A stretch of DNA of 64,000 bases from an uncultured Acidobacteriota bacterium. Its GTDB lineage: Bacteria > Acidobacteriota > Thermoanaerobaculia > Gp7-AA8. The stretch spans positions 192,001-256,000 of the forward strand of contig CAVUKB010000004.1 in NCBI GenBank assembly GCA_963741955.1, in the 5' to 3' direction. Below are positions 36,700 to 46,169 of this stretch, piece by piece (positions within the stretch are counted from its first letter, which is position 1; each line of letters starts with the position of its first letter). Position numbers and translations under genes: made by a program. The notes under the pieces were generated by a model. That model had not been told where the DNA came from. It ran no database searches and was given only the letters and a program-made list of their open reading frames with translations.

Positions 36700-39510
36700 A
36701 TGCAGGCGAACAGCGAATCACTTCTCAGCGATCAGATTCACCTCCTGGGCGATCTCCTGGGCGACGTGATCGTCGATCAGGAGGGACGCGAGACCTTCGA
36801 TCTGGAAGAGAGGATCCGCGGGCTGGCCAAGGCGCATCGCGCCGGGGAGGCGCGAGCGGCGTCGGAGCTTCTCGAGATCGTGAAATCGCTCTCCCTTCCC
36901 CGGGCTCGCGCGATCGCGAAAGCCTTCGCGGTCTACTTCAGGCTGGTGAATCTCGCCGAAGAGGCGGAACGGGTGCGAGTGCTCCACGCCCGTGCGATCG
37001 CGTGGGAGCAGAAAGGAGAGCCGCTCGCCGAGACGCTCGCGGATGCGATCTCCCGCCTCCACAGCCGCGGGATGGGAGGAGAAAAGATTCTCGAGCTCCT
37101 CGGACGGCTGGCGGTCCGCCCCGTCTTCACCGCGCATCCGACGGAGGTCAAGCGGCGGACGATCCTCACGAAGCTCTCCGAGATCGCGGCGCTTCTTCAG
37201 CGGCTGGAGCGCGAGCGCCCGACGCCGCAGGAACGACGCGAGATCGAGCTCGATCTGAGGGAGCACGTCCTCTCGTTGTGGCAGACCGAGGAAGGGAGGC
37301 CGGAGAAGCCTTCGGTTCTCGACGAGGTGCGGAATGGTCTCTACTACTTCGAGACGACTCTGTTCGATCTCGTTCCCCGGATCGTCCACTCGGTGTCGAT
37401 GGCACTCGGCAGGATCGCTCCGGAGCTCGCGACGGTGCATTCCGGCGGAGCGGCGCTGGTGCCGCTCGCGCGCATTCCTCGGTTCATCGAGTTCGGGTCG
37501 TGGATCGGAGGCGATCGCGATGGGAACCCGTTCGTCACTCCCGCCTTCACCGAGGAGACGTTGCGTGCGCAGAGGCGGATGGCGGTGCGGCTCTACATGC
37601 GAACGATCGACCGGATGCACGGGCATCTCAGCACCTCGGATCGATGCGGGATCAGTGAAGCGCTCGCGGAAAGACTCGCCGGGGCAGCGACACGATTTCC
37701 GGAGATCGCGAAGCACGTGAGCCGGCGCTATCCGTCGCAGCCCTATCGACAGATGCTCTTCTTCATCTACCGGAGGCTCGCCGCCACCCTCGACGAGAGC
37801 GAGACGCCGACGACCGAGCCGCTGCGCAGCACGCGTTACGAAACTCCGGAGGAGTTCCTCGCCGATCTCCGCTGCATCCGGGACAGCCTGAGCTCGAATC
37901 GCGCCGCGCTTCTGGCGGAGGGACGGTTCGGTTCTCTCGTCGTCCAGGCGGAGACGTTCGGATTTCATCTCGCCACGCTCGACATCCGGGAGCATTCGGC
38001 GAAGCACGAGAAGGCTCTCGACGAGTTGTTCCGGGTGAATGGGATCGCCGAAGGGTATGCCTCGATGGATTCCGCGGATCAGGAGCGGCTTCTCTCGGCC
38101 GTGCTCGAGCGCGGAGGGGCGGGAGTGCGAAGAGTCGGAGTGTCGGAAGAAACGAGCCGCATCCTGGAAGTGTTCGGCGTGATCCGCGGCGCCCGCGAGC
38201 GGATGGGACCGCGGGCCATCGACAGTTACGTGATCAGCATGGCCGAGGCGCCGAGCGACGTGCTGGAGGTCCTGCTGCTGGCGAAGATCTGCGGAGCGGA
38301 TGAGGGTCTGCAAATCGTGCCGCTGTTCGAGACGGTGGAGGATCTTCATGCGTCGGCCGGTGTGATGAAGAGGCTGTTCGGCAATGCGGTGTACTCGAAA
38401 CACCTCCAGTCGATGGACCGCAGGCAGCAGGTCATGATCGGCTACAGCGATTCGAACAAAGACGGTGGGTATCTGGCCTCCAATCGCGAGCTTCACGTCG
38501 CGCAGCGTGAGCTGGCGCACGTATGCGACGAGGCGGGAGTGGTGCTGACGCTCTTTCACGGGAGGGGCGGATCGATAGGCCGGGGTGGCGGCCCCGCGAA
38601 TCGGATGATTCTCGCCCAGCCGGCGGAGTCGATTCGCGGCCGGATCAAAGTGACCGAGCAGGGAGAGACGATCACCGAGCGCTACTCCAACGACGAGATC
38701 GCGCGGCGTCATCTCGAGCAGCTCACCAGCGCTGTTCTCCTGATGACCGGGCGCGCGGGCGAGATCGCGGATGGCAGCGGTGCCACGGTGGAGGAATCGG
38801 CAAGTCACGATTCGTGGGAAACGGCACTGAAGGAGATGTCGGCTGCGGCCGAGCAGTGCTATCGCGATCTCGTGCACCGCACGCCAGAGCTGGTCGACTA
38901 CTTCCATCAGGCGACGCCGATCGATCTGATCTCCCGGCTCAACATCGGCAGCCGCCCGGCGAAACGGAAGGCGGGGGGATCGATCGGCGACCTTCGCGCG
39001 ATCCCGTGGGTGTTCTCCTGGACCCAGTCGCGCGTGAACCTGCCGGGCTGGTTCGGTCTCGGGACGGGAATCGAAACGTGGACCGGCGGCGAGGAGAGCC
39101 GCTGGGAGCTTCTCCGGACGATGTATGCGCGATGGCCTTTCTTCTGGACCGTGATCAACAACGCGCAGATGGCGATGCGGAAAGCGGACATGGTGATCGC
39201 GGAGGTCTACTCGACGCTGGCGGCCGGCGAGGTCCGGAAGGCGATCTTCCCGCGCCTGGGAGACGAATTCGCCCGGACGGAGAGGATGATCCTGCGGCTG
39301 ACCGGACAGGAGAAGCTGCTGGAGCGCGAGGAATGGCTGCAGTCGGCGATCCGGGTGAGGAATCCGTACATCGACCCGATGAACTTTCTCCAGGTCGCGC
39401 TCCTCCCGCGTTTCCGCGAATCGGTGAACGAGACGGAATCGGAAGTCCTGCGCGACGTCCTGCACATCACCGTGAACGGAATCGCCGCGGGATTGCGCAA
39501 CAGCGGGTGA
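36700..39510 (+). CDS. ppc: Phosphoenolpyruvate carboxylase
   Basis: VFTAHPTE, SWIGGDRDGNP, QVMIGYSDSNKDGG, FHGRGGSIGRGG, LRAIPWVF, GLRNSG; start 36688 or 36700. Confidence 0.96.
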   Translation: MQANSESLLSDQIHLLGDLLGDVIVDQEGRETFDLEERIRGLAKAHRAGEARAASELLEIVKSLSLPRARAIAKAFAVYFRLVNLAEEAERVRVLHARAIAWEQKGEPLAETLADAISRLHSRGMGGEKILELLGRLAVRPVFTAHPTEVKRRTILTKLSEIAALLQRLERERPTPQERREIELDLREHVLSLWQTEEGRPEKPSVLDEVRNGLYYFETTLFDLVPRIVHSVSMALGRIAPELATVHSGGAALVPLARIPRFIEFGSWIGGDRDGNPFVTPAFTEETLRAQRRMAVRLYMRTIDRMHGHLSTSDRCGISEALAERLAGAATRFPEIAKHVSRRYPSQPYRQMLFFIYRRLAATLDESETPTTEPLRSTRYETPEEFLADLRCIRDSLSSNRAALLAEGRFGSLVVQAETFGFHLATLDIREHSAKHEKALDELFRVNGIAEGYASMDSADQERLLSAVLERGGAGVRRVGVSEETSRILEVFGVIRGARERMGPRAIDSYVISMAEAPSDVLEVLLLAKICGADEGLQIVPLFETVEDLHASAGVMKRLFGNAVYSKHLQSMDRRQQVMIGYSDSNKDGGYLASNRELHVAQRELAHVCDEAGVVLTLFHGRGGSIGRGGGPANRMILAQPAESIRGRIKVTEQGETITERYSNDEIARRHLEQLTSAVLLMTGRAGEIADGSGATVEESASHDSWETALKEMSAAAEQCYRDLVHRTPELVDYFHQATPIDLISRLNIGSRPAKRKAGGSIGDLRAIPWVFSWTQSRVNLPGWFGLGTGIETWTGGEESRWELLRTMYARWPFFWTVINNAQMAMRKADMVIAEVYSTLAAGEVRKAIFPRLGDEFARTERMILRLTGQEKLLEREEWLQSAIRVRNPYIDPMNFLQVALLPRFRESVNETESEVLRDVLHITVNGIAAGLRNSG

Positions 39511-39514
39511 GAAG

Positions 39515-39650
39515 CATCGTGGATCGTGAATTGAGAATCGAGGATCTGAAAGGCATCGAGGATTGAGGATGGTCGAGCCCCCCGATGCCGTTCTATGCCT
39601 TTCAGATCCACGATCCACGATCCACGATCCACGATGCCGTTCGATGCCTT
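39515..39650. repeat. Inverted heptamer arrays (ATCGTGG / CCACGAT) around a 15-bp perfect inverted repeat
   Basis: GGATCTGAAAGGCAT pairs with ATGCCTTTCAGATCC; CCACGAT x4. Confidence 0.8.
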
Positions 39651-39662
39651 TATACTGCGCCC

Positions 39663-41507
39663 GTGAGTGAGCTCGATCCGAGGAACGAATACGAACGAAG
39701 GCTCGACGAGCGCCGGACCGCGGCGACGCGACTCGCGCGGCGGGAAGAGACGATCTCCTGGTCGCGGCTGGCGGTCTTCGCGGCCGGTGTGGTGATCGCG
39801 TGGATCGCGTTCGTCGATCGCGCAATGGCGGGATGGTGGTTTCTCCTGCCGGTGGTGGTCTTCGTGACGCTGGTGGTGCTGCACGAGCGGTTCGCTCTGC
39901 GGAGGAAGAAACTCGAGCGCGCGGCGGACTTTTACGAGAGCGGGCTGGCGCGCCTCTCCGGCCAATGGGCCGGGCGCGGGCGGACGGGACTCCAGTTCCT
40001 GACCGAGTCGCATCCGTACGCAGGGGATCTCGATCTGTTCGGCACCGGATCTCTCTTCGAGAGGATCTCGCTCGCCCGTACGCGGCGAGGGGAGGAGATG
40101 CTCTCGAACTGGCTTCTCTCGCCGGCGTCGCCGCCGGTGATCACGCTGAGGCAGGAAGCGGTGGACGAGCTCCGGTTCGCGCTCGATCTGCGGGAAGATC
40201 TCGCCGTTCTGGGTGAGGACGTAGGGACGGGAGTCGATCCGAAACATCTGTCGAGGTGGGGGGCCGACCCGAAGGTGATTCGCAAGCCTGCGCTTCGGTG
40301 GACGGCGCTGCTGCTGTCGGTGCTCGCGGTTCTGACCGTTCCCTCTCTCGTGGTGGCGCTGGTCTCACGTACCGAGCCGGAGCTGACGGCAGGAGTTGCC
40401 GGGTCGCTCTGGTTCCGCTTCGGCGCGCTTCCCTTCGTGATCGTGGTGATCGTCGAGATGCTCTTCGCGAGATCGCTGCGCGGACGGGTCGCCCGTATCG
40501 TCGCGCCGCTCGAGCTCGCGGAGCGGGAACTGATGCTTCTGGCGACGCTGCTGCGCCGTCTCGAGCGCGAGACGTTTCGAAGTCCCCGCCTCTCCACTCT
40601 TCGCGACGCACTGTCGCGTTCCGAAGAAGCGGCTTCGATGAGGATCGAAAGACTGCACCGTCTCCTTGCTCTGCTGGAGTCGCGACGCAACATGTTCTTC
40701 GCTCCGATCGCCGCGATCCTCCTCTGGGAGACGCAGCTCGCGATGGCGATCGACCGGTGGCGCGCGGAATCAGGGCCGGAGATCGCGCAGTGGCTCGATT
40801 CAGTCGGTGAGATCGAGGCACTCTCTTCGTTCGCGTCGTATGCGTTCGAGAGACCCGCGGATCCATTCCCGGAGATCGTCGACGGCGAGACCCGTTTCGA
40901 GGCGGAGGGACTCGGACATCCCCTCCTCCCGGTGGAGCGATGCGTGCGGAACGATCTCCGCCTCGGCGACGAGCTTCGTCTTCTGATCGTCAGCGGATCG
41001 AACATGTCGGGGAAGAGCACCATGCTCCGCACGGTGGGAGTGAACACGGTCCTCGCGCTGGCGGGCGCTCCGGTCTTCGCCCGCCGTCTCCGTATCTCGA
41101 GGTTGTGCGTCGGAGCGTCGATCCGGATCAACGACTCTCTGCAGGAAGGGAGCTCGCGGTTCTACGCCGAGATCGTCCGTCTGCGGCAGCTCCTGGAGAT
41201 CTCCGAATCCGGACCTCTCCTCTTTCTTCTCGACGAGATCCTCGGCGGGACGAACTCCCACGACCGGCGCATCGGAGCGGAAGCAGTGGTGAAAAGCCTC
41301 CTCTCGCGGGGGGCGATAGGACTGATGACCACGCACGATCTCGCGCTCTCCGAGATCGCGGACGGTGATGCGCTCCGGGCGAAGAACGTGCATTTCGAGG
41401 ATCACGTCGAAGGCGGGAAGATGGTCTTCGACTATCGGATGCGCGACGGGGTGGTCGAGAAGAGTAACGCGATCGCGTTGATGCGGATGGTGGGGCTCGA
41501 GGTCTGA
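39663..41507 (+). CDS. Membrane-associated MutS-like ATPase (domain V)
   Basis: TM pairs, [40 protein letters not shown]. Confidence 0.88.
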   Translation: MSELDPRNEYERRLDERRTAATRLARREETISWSRLAVFAAGVVIAWIAFVDRAMAGWWFLLPVVVFVTLVVLHERFALRRKKLERAADFYESGLARLSGQWAGRGRTGLQFLTESHPYAGDLDLFGTGSLFERISLARTRRGEEMLSNWLLSPASPPVITLRQEAVDELRFALDLREDLAVLGEDVGTGVDPKHLSRWGADPKVIRKPALRWTALLLSVLAVLTVPSLVVALVSRTEPELTAGVAGSLWFRFGALPFVIVVIVEMLFARSLRGRVARIVAPLELAERELMLLATLLRRLERETFRSPRLSTLRDALSRSEEAASMRIERLHRLLALLESRRNMFFAPIAAILLWETQLAMAIDRWRAESGPEIAQWLDSVGEIEALSSFASYAFERPADPFPEIVDGETRFEAEGLGHPLLPVERCVRNDLRLGDELRLLIVSGSNMSGKSTMLRTVGVNTVLALAGAPVFARRLRISRLCVGASIRINDSLQEGSSRFYAEIVRLRQLLEISESGPLLFLLDEILGGTNSHDRRIGAEAVVKSLLSRGAIGLMTTHDLALSEIADGDALRAKNVHFEDHVEGGKMVFDYRMRDGVVEKSNAIALMRMVGLEV

Positions 41508-41551
41508 CCGACCATTCGTCGATCCGGCGAACTGCTCTCGAGGGGGGAAGG

Positions 41552-43048
41552 ATGAGTGAAGGGATGGACAACACCCGCGGGATCGTCAATGCTCCCGAGT
41601 TTCCGAAGGACCACGACTGGCTGAACGCCGGGCGGCCCCTCACGATGAAGGAGCTGCGCGGGAAGGTGGTCATTCTCGAGTTCTGGACCTTCTGCTGAAT
41701 CAACTGCCACCACAATGTCGCGCAGTTGCGCCGACTTCGAGAGCATTTTCCGGACGAGCTGGTGGTGATCGGCGTCCATTCGGCGAAGTTCCCGTCCGAG
41801 AAGGAGACGGAAAACGTTCGTCAGGCGGTGATGCGCCACGGTATCGAACATCCGGTGATCAACGACCGCGGGTTCCGCATCTGGAACGACTACGGAATTC
41901 ATGCCTGGCCGACGGTGGTGCTGATCGACCCGAACGGCAAGGTGGTCGGGATGAAGCCGGGAGAGATCGACGCCGATGAGTACATCCCGCTGATCGACTC
42001 GATTCTGGAACGGAACGCGGATCGGATCGACCGCTCACCGCTGCCGGTCGGATCGGAGAAGAGCCTCGAGCGCGAACGCCTTCTTTCGTTTCCGTCGAAG
42101 CTTCTCCTGGCGGACGAACGGTTGTTCATCGCGGATACCGGGCACCACCGCATTCTCGAGCTCCGGCTCGGGGAAGGAACCGACGCGGAGATTCTGCGCA
42201 TCTTCGGAAGCGGCGCGGAAGGATTCGACAACGGCCATTACGAGAACGCCTCGTTCCGGGATCCCCACGGGATGGCGCTCGAGGGATCGAGCCTCTATGT
42301 GGCAGACACCGGCAACCACGCGATCCGAGCGGTCGACCTCGAGGGGGGCTACGTCCGCACGGTCGCCGGAACGGGAGAGAAGGGGAGCTGGCGTCTTCAG
42401 GTCGGAAGGGCGCGGGAGGTGGCGCTCCGTTCTCCCTGGGCGCTGCAGGTGACCGATGCGGAGACGCTTCTGGTCGCACTCGCGGGATCGCACCAGATCG
42501 GGCTACTGCTCCACGAGGAGCAGATCGGTCCATTCGCGGGGAGCGGGCAGGAAGCGCTGGTGGACGGTCCGCGCGAGACCGCCGGATTCAATCAGCCCAG
42601 CGACATCGCGTTCGGGATGGATCACGTCTTCGTCGCCGACTCGGAAGCGAGCGCCATCCGCGCGATCGTTCTCGACGAACCGCTGCGCGTGATGACCATG
42701 GTCGGGCAGGGACTGTTCGAGTTCGGGGACGTCGACGGCACGGGCGCCGAAGTCCGGTTACAGCACCCGACCGGGATCGCGCTGGGTGAAGACGGTCAGA
42801 TCTACATCGCCGACAGCTACAACCACAAGATCAAGGTGCTCGACCCTGCCACCGGGAGGACGACGTCTCTGATCGGGAGCGGACGGGCGGGCGATCGCGA
42901 CGGCCCGTTCGACGAGGTCGAGCTCCGCGAGCCGGAAGGAGTGGTCGAGCGGGGCGGAGTGCTCTACATCGCGGACACCAACAACCACGCGATCCGGGTC
43001 GCCGATCTCGCCGCACGCACGGTGAGGACGCTCGAGATTCGAGGCTAG
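41552..43048 (+). CDS. Thioredoxin-like plus NHL-repeat protein (NHLRC2/SOQ1-like), probable selenoprotein (Sec49)
   Basis: RBS and ATG 41552 in frame with the 41726 ORF across TGA 41696-41698 in FWTFC*INC; [13 protein letters not shown]; NHL repeats [27 protein letters not shown]. Confidence 0.88.
41717..41735 (+). promoter_or_regulatory. Candidate bacterial SECIS hairpin
   Basis: GTCG-CGC-AGTT-GCG-C-CGAC; loop starts 25 nt after the UGA with G at loop position 2 followed by U. Confidence 0.6.
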
Positions 43049-43202
43049 GAGTCTGCGCGGTAGAAACTGTCCTACTGCGAAAGCGGATCAGCGGTCCAAA
43101 TCCGCCCCGATTTTCGGCGAGTAGCCACCGCTACGCACCTCAAATCCGAACGAATTTGGCCTCGCTGCTCCGCTTTCTCGCTACGGACGTTTCTACGGCT
43201 AG
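43045..43202. mobile_element. MITE-like long imperfect hairpin flanked by CTAG
   Basis: CTAG at 43045 and 43199; nested inverted repeats GTAGAAAC/GTTTCTAC, AAAGCGGA/TCCGCTTT, CCAAAT/ATTTGG; partial copy at 11204. Confidence 0.6.
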
Positions 43203-43242
43203 GCCCGAGTCTCGAGCCTCGAGCCTCGAATCTCGAGCTTCA

Positions 43243-44370
43243 TCACCCTCCCAGCGAGACTCCAACGAGCCGTCCGATGCCGTACACCAGTGCCGCGGCG
43301 GTGAGGCCGAACACGACCTGGCGTCCTCCGGAGAGAATCACGGGGCGGCCGGTGAAGAGGGTGATCGCACTGCCGATGGCGAAGAGGCCGATGGTGCTGA
43401 ATCCGACGCTCCACGCCACCGCGTCCATTCCGCTGGTGAAGAAGTACGGGATGACCGGAATGATCGCGCCGACCGCGAAGAGGAAGAACGAGGTGATCGC
43501 CGCTTCCCATGCCGATCCCCCGAGCTCTTCCGGATTGATGCCGAGCTCTTCACGTGCGAGGGTGTCGAGCGCGGTCTCGTGGTTGGACATCATCTGCTCG
43601 GCCAGATCGAGCGCGCGCGCCTCGTCCAGTCCCCGACTCTGGTAGATGAGCGCGAGCTCTTCTTTCTCCTCTTCCGGCGCGGCGATCAGTTCCGCTTCCT
43701 CCGTCGCGATCTGATGCTCGTACAGCTCCCGTGAGCTCTTCACCGAAAGCCACTCCCCGAGAGCCATCGATCCGGCTCCGGCGAGGAGTCCGGCGAGTCC
43801 GGTGATCAGAATCGAGCGGGCAGCCATCGCCGCACCGGCCACTCCCATCACCAGGCTCAGATTCGAGACGAGGCCATCGTTCGCGCCGAGCACCGCGGCG
43901 CGGAGAGCGTTTCCCCCGGCGGTGCGGTGGCGTCCCTCCATCCGCGCGACCTGACTCCCTTCGAACCCTCCCGGCACCCCGCTCATCAGCCGAAGCACGC
44001 GCGCGTGCGAGCGCTCTTCGGCGTCGAGCTCGGCCGCGTCGGGCTGCTGCGCGTACTTGTGGCTGTCGGCCCGCTCGAGTGACTGCACACTGGGGAGCAC
44101 GGAGCCGACGCCGAAGCGTTTCGCGATCCAGCCGAGAGTGCGCGTACGCCAGGAAGGGCGGAACTTCGGAGTCGGTACCCCGGCCCGCTCCAGCCGGTAA
44201 CGCCAGGTCTCGGCGTGTTTCCGTTCGACGGACGCGAGGCGCCGGTAGACCTCCGAGAGCTTCGGGTCCTTTTCCGCGTCTGCGATCGCGTCGTAGAGCG
44301 CGGCTCCGTTCAATTCGTCTTCCAGGTTTTCGAGAAGTCGCTCTTTCTCTGATTCGGAAATCTCTTTCAT
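43243..44370 (-). CDS. VIT1/CCC1 transporter with N-terminal rubrerythrin/ferritin-like domain
   Basis: DELNG..Y, ERKH, ERSH iron-type motifs; LRAAVLGANDGLVS, SMALGEWLSV. Confidence 0.9.
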   Translation of the reverse strand: MKEISESEKERLLENLEDELNGAALYDAIADAEKDPKLSEVYRRLASVERKHAETWRYRLERAGVPTPKFRPSWRTRTLGWIAKRFGVGSVLPSVQSLERADSHKYAQQPDAAELDAEERSHARVLRLMSGVPGGFEGSQVARMEGRHRTAGGNALRAAVLGANDGLVSNLSLVMGVAGAAMAARSILITGLAGLLAGAGSMALGEWLSVKSSRELYEHQIATEEAELIAAPEEEKEELALIYQSRGLDEARALDLAEQMMSNHETALDTLAREELGINPEELGGSAWEAAITSFFLFAVGAIIPVIPYFFTSGMDAVAWSVGFSTIGLFAIGSAITLFTGRPVILSGGRQVVFGLTAAALVYGIGRLVGVSLGG

Positions 44371-44547
44371 CTCGTACCGCCCCCGCGGTTTGTAGCGGAG
44401 TGCGAGGGTGAGGTCAATGGCAACGTTCAATCCGCTGTCTGTCACGAAGCTGCAAACCATCCGCGATGAGCGTGACCCCGGAATCGATTCCCTGTCTCAA
44501 ACGTCAATAGAGTCATCGCGGGGGCGACCTCGATTCCTGGAGGTGTG

Positions 44548-45159
44548 ATGAGAGCGAGAATCCTTGCCGTTTGTCTGTTTCTGACCGTATCGACGGTTGC
44601 GTTCGCCGGTGAGACGTACGTAGTCGATTCGAATCACTCGGATGTGACGTTCCAGATCCGGCACCTCGTTTCGAAGGTGAGCGGGCGCTTCGGCGACTTC
44701 TCCGGGACGATCGACTTCGACCGTGCGAAGCCGGAACGATCTTCCGTCGACTTCGTCATCCGGACGGCCAGCATCGATACGAACGTCGAGCGGCGCGACA
44801 ACCACCTTCGCAGTGCCGATTTCTTCGACGTGCAGAAGTATCCGGAGATCACATTTCACAGCACGAAGATCGTCCCGGCAGGGAAGGATCGCTTCAACGT
44901 ATCGGGCGATTTCACGATGCACGGCGTGACGAAGCAGATCACGCTGCCGGTCACCATCACCGGATTCATGAAGGATCCCGGCGGTAAGGAGCGGGCGGGA
45001 TTCGAGGCGTCGACGGTCCTCGACCGGAAGGACTACGGAGTCGTCTGGAACCGCACCCTCGACTCGGGGGGGTATCTCCTCGGCGACGACGTGACGATCG
45101 AGATCGCCCTCGAGACGGTGCACCAGGACCCTGCGACCGTTCCCGAACCGAGTAAATAG
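44548..45159 (+). CDS. YceI family lipid/polyisoprenoid-binding protein
   Basis: Signal peptide, HSDVTFQIRH, RDNHLRSADFFD, HGVTK. Confidence 0.93.
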   Translation: MRARILAVCLFLTVSTVAFAGETYVVDSNHSDVTFQIRHLVSKVSGRFGDFSGTIDFDRAKPERSSVDFVIRTASIDTNVERRDNHLRSADFFDVQKYPEITFHSTKIVPAGKDRFNVSGDFTMHGVTKQITLPVTITGFMKDPGGKERAGFEASTVLDRKDYGVVWNRTLDSGGYLLGDDVTIEIALETVHQDPATVPEPSK

Positions 45160-45317
45160 CGGAAGTGTAAGGCGACATCCGATTCGGCTGTGCCGTATCA
45201 TGTATGTCAGGCGGACGAAACCCGGAGCAGGCCGGGAACGTCTCACCGGACAAGCACGCAGAGCGACTCCCGATCCGCCCTCCTCGCTCCGGGCGGTCGC
45301 GAGAGCGAGGAGGAGTG

Positions 45318-45572
45318 TTGACCGGCTCACGCCAGGAGATTCACAAGCTCGCGGTCAGTGAGGACTGCCCGAGGTGCCATCACGAGAAGACTCTCGGGAC
45401 GGGATTGTGCCATCGGTGCCGGTCTCAGCTTCCGGCGAACATGCGGCGCGAGCTCGTCGCGATCGAGACGCAGGAAGTCGGAAAGGTCGTGCGGGCGATG
45501 CGCGCAGCGGCCAACTACTTTCATCTTCATTTCCAATCCATCCGGAACTTCGGTGGCGGCCGGAGGAAGTGA
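45318..45572 (+). CDS. Small CxxC-CxxC zinc-finger-like protein
   Basis: AGGAGG RBS; CPRC...CHRC; start TTG 45318 or GTG 45315. Confidence 0.55.
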   Translation: MTGSRQEIHKLAVSEDCPRCHHEKTLGTGLCHRCRSQLPANMRRELVAIETQEVGKVVRAMRAAANYFHLHFQSIRNFGGGRRK

Positions 45573-45720
45573 CGCCCCTTTTCCCTCTCTGAGTCGCATT
45601 TCGCTACGGAAGTCCCTACATTGAGATGGAAGCACCGGTCTCCCGTCGGGTGCCTCGAAGGAGGCCCGCATGACTCCCTCGGTGGAGCGAAATGGGAGAG
45701 GTAGGATTGCAGCGGAATCG

Positions 45721-46146
45721 ATGGCTCTGGCGATGCTCCTGTTGCTGGCGGCCGGCCCTGGTCTCGCGGATTGGAATCCCTCACTCAAGCACGCGACGAT
45801 CCCGATGCCCGTGATGGGCGCGGAGGTTTCGGTTCCGGCACTCTACTGCAACAGGAAACTGGTGCAGCTCGACTCGGTCCGCTTCGAAGCGGATCCCGCC
45901 GCGCCGGGAGAGATCGTCCGAGGAGAGTGGGTCTTCACCGGACGCAGCCGGAGCGGAACCAGCCAGCGGCTGAAGGTGATCGTCGGGCCGGTCGACGTGA
46001 ACGGGAACCGCATGGGTCGTTTCCGGTCGGTGGGATCGATGGCGCCGCACGCGGGACGCTTCGAGATCCGCGTGCCGATGCAGATCTCGCGCGATCAATG
46101 GAATGCAGCGACGGCGCTGAAGATCACCGCTTGCTGGGGATACTGA
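45721..46146 (+). CDS. Secreted hypothetical protein
   Basis: Signal peptide MALAMLLLLAAGPGLA, beta-rich body. Confidence 0.5.
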   Translation: MALAMLLLLAAGPGLADWNPSLKHATIPMPVMGAEVSVPALYCNRKLVQLDSVRFEADPAAPGEIVRGEWVFTGRSRSGTSQRLKVIVGPVDVNGNRMGRFRSVGSMAPHAGRFEIRVPMQISRDQWNAATALKITACWGY

Positions 46147-46169
46147 GCCGGATCGTATAATCGCCGCCG

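Noticed and set aside
36718-39825. 1035-aa antisense ORF (and others such as 1102-2787 and 48271-49305)
   Set aside because: Shadow ORFs opposite or overlapping well-supported genes, expected at high GC
41696-41698. TGA as a pseudogene lesion or genome-wide UGA recoding
   Set aside because: TGA ends many genes here normally; the codon falls on the redox Cys with a SECIS-like hairpin and both flanks are intact. A nonsense mutation is not fully excluded
45766-45787. tRNA-Ser 3'-like sequence (GGATTGGAATCCCTCACTC)
   Set aside because: T-loop mismatched, no cloverleaf or CCA, and it lies inside a plausible CDS
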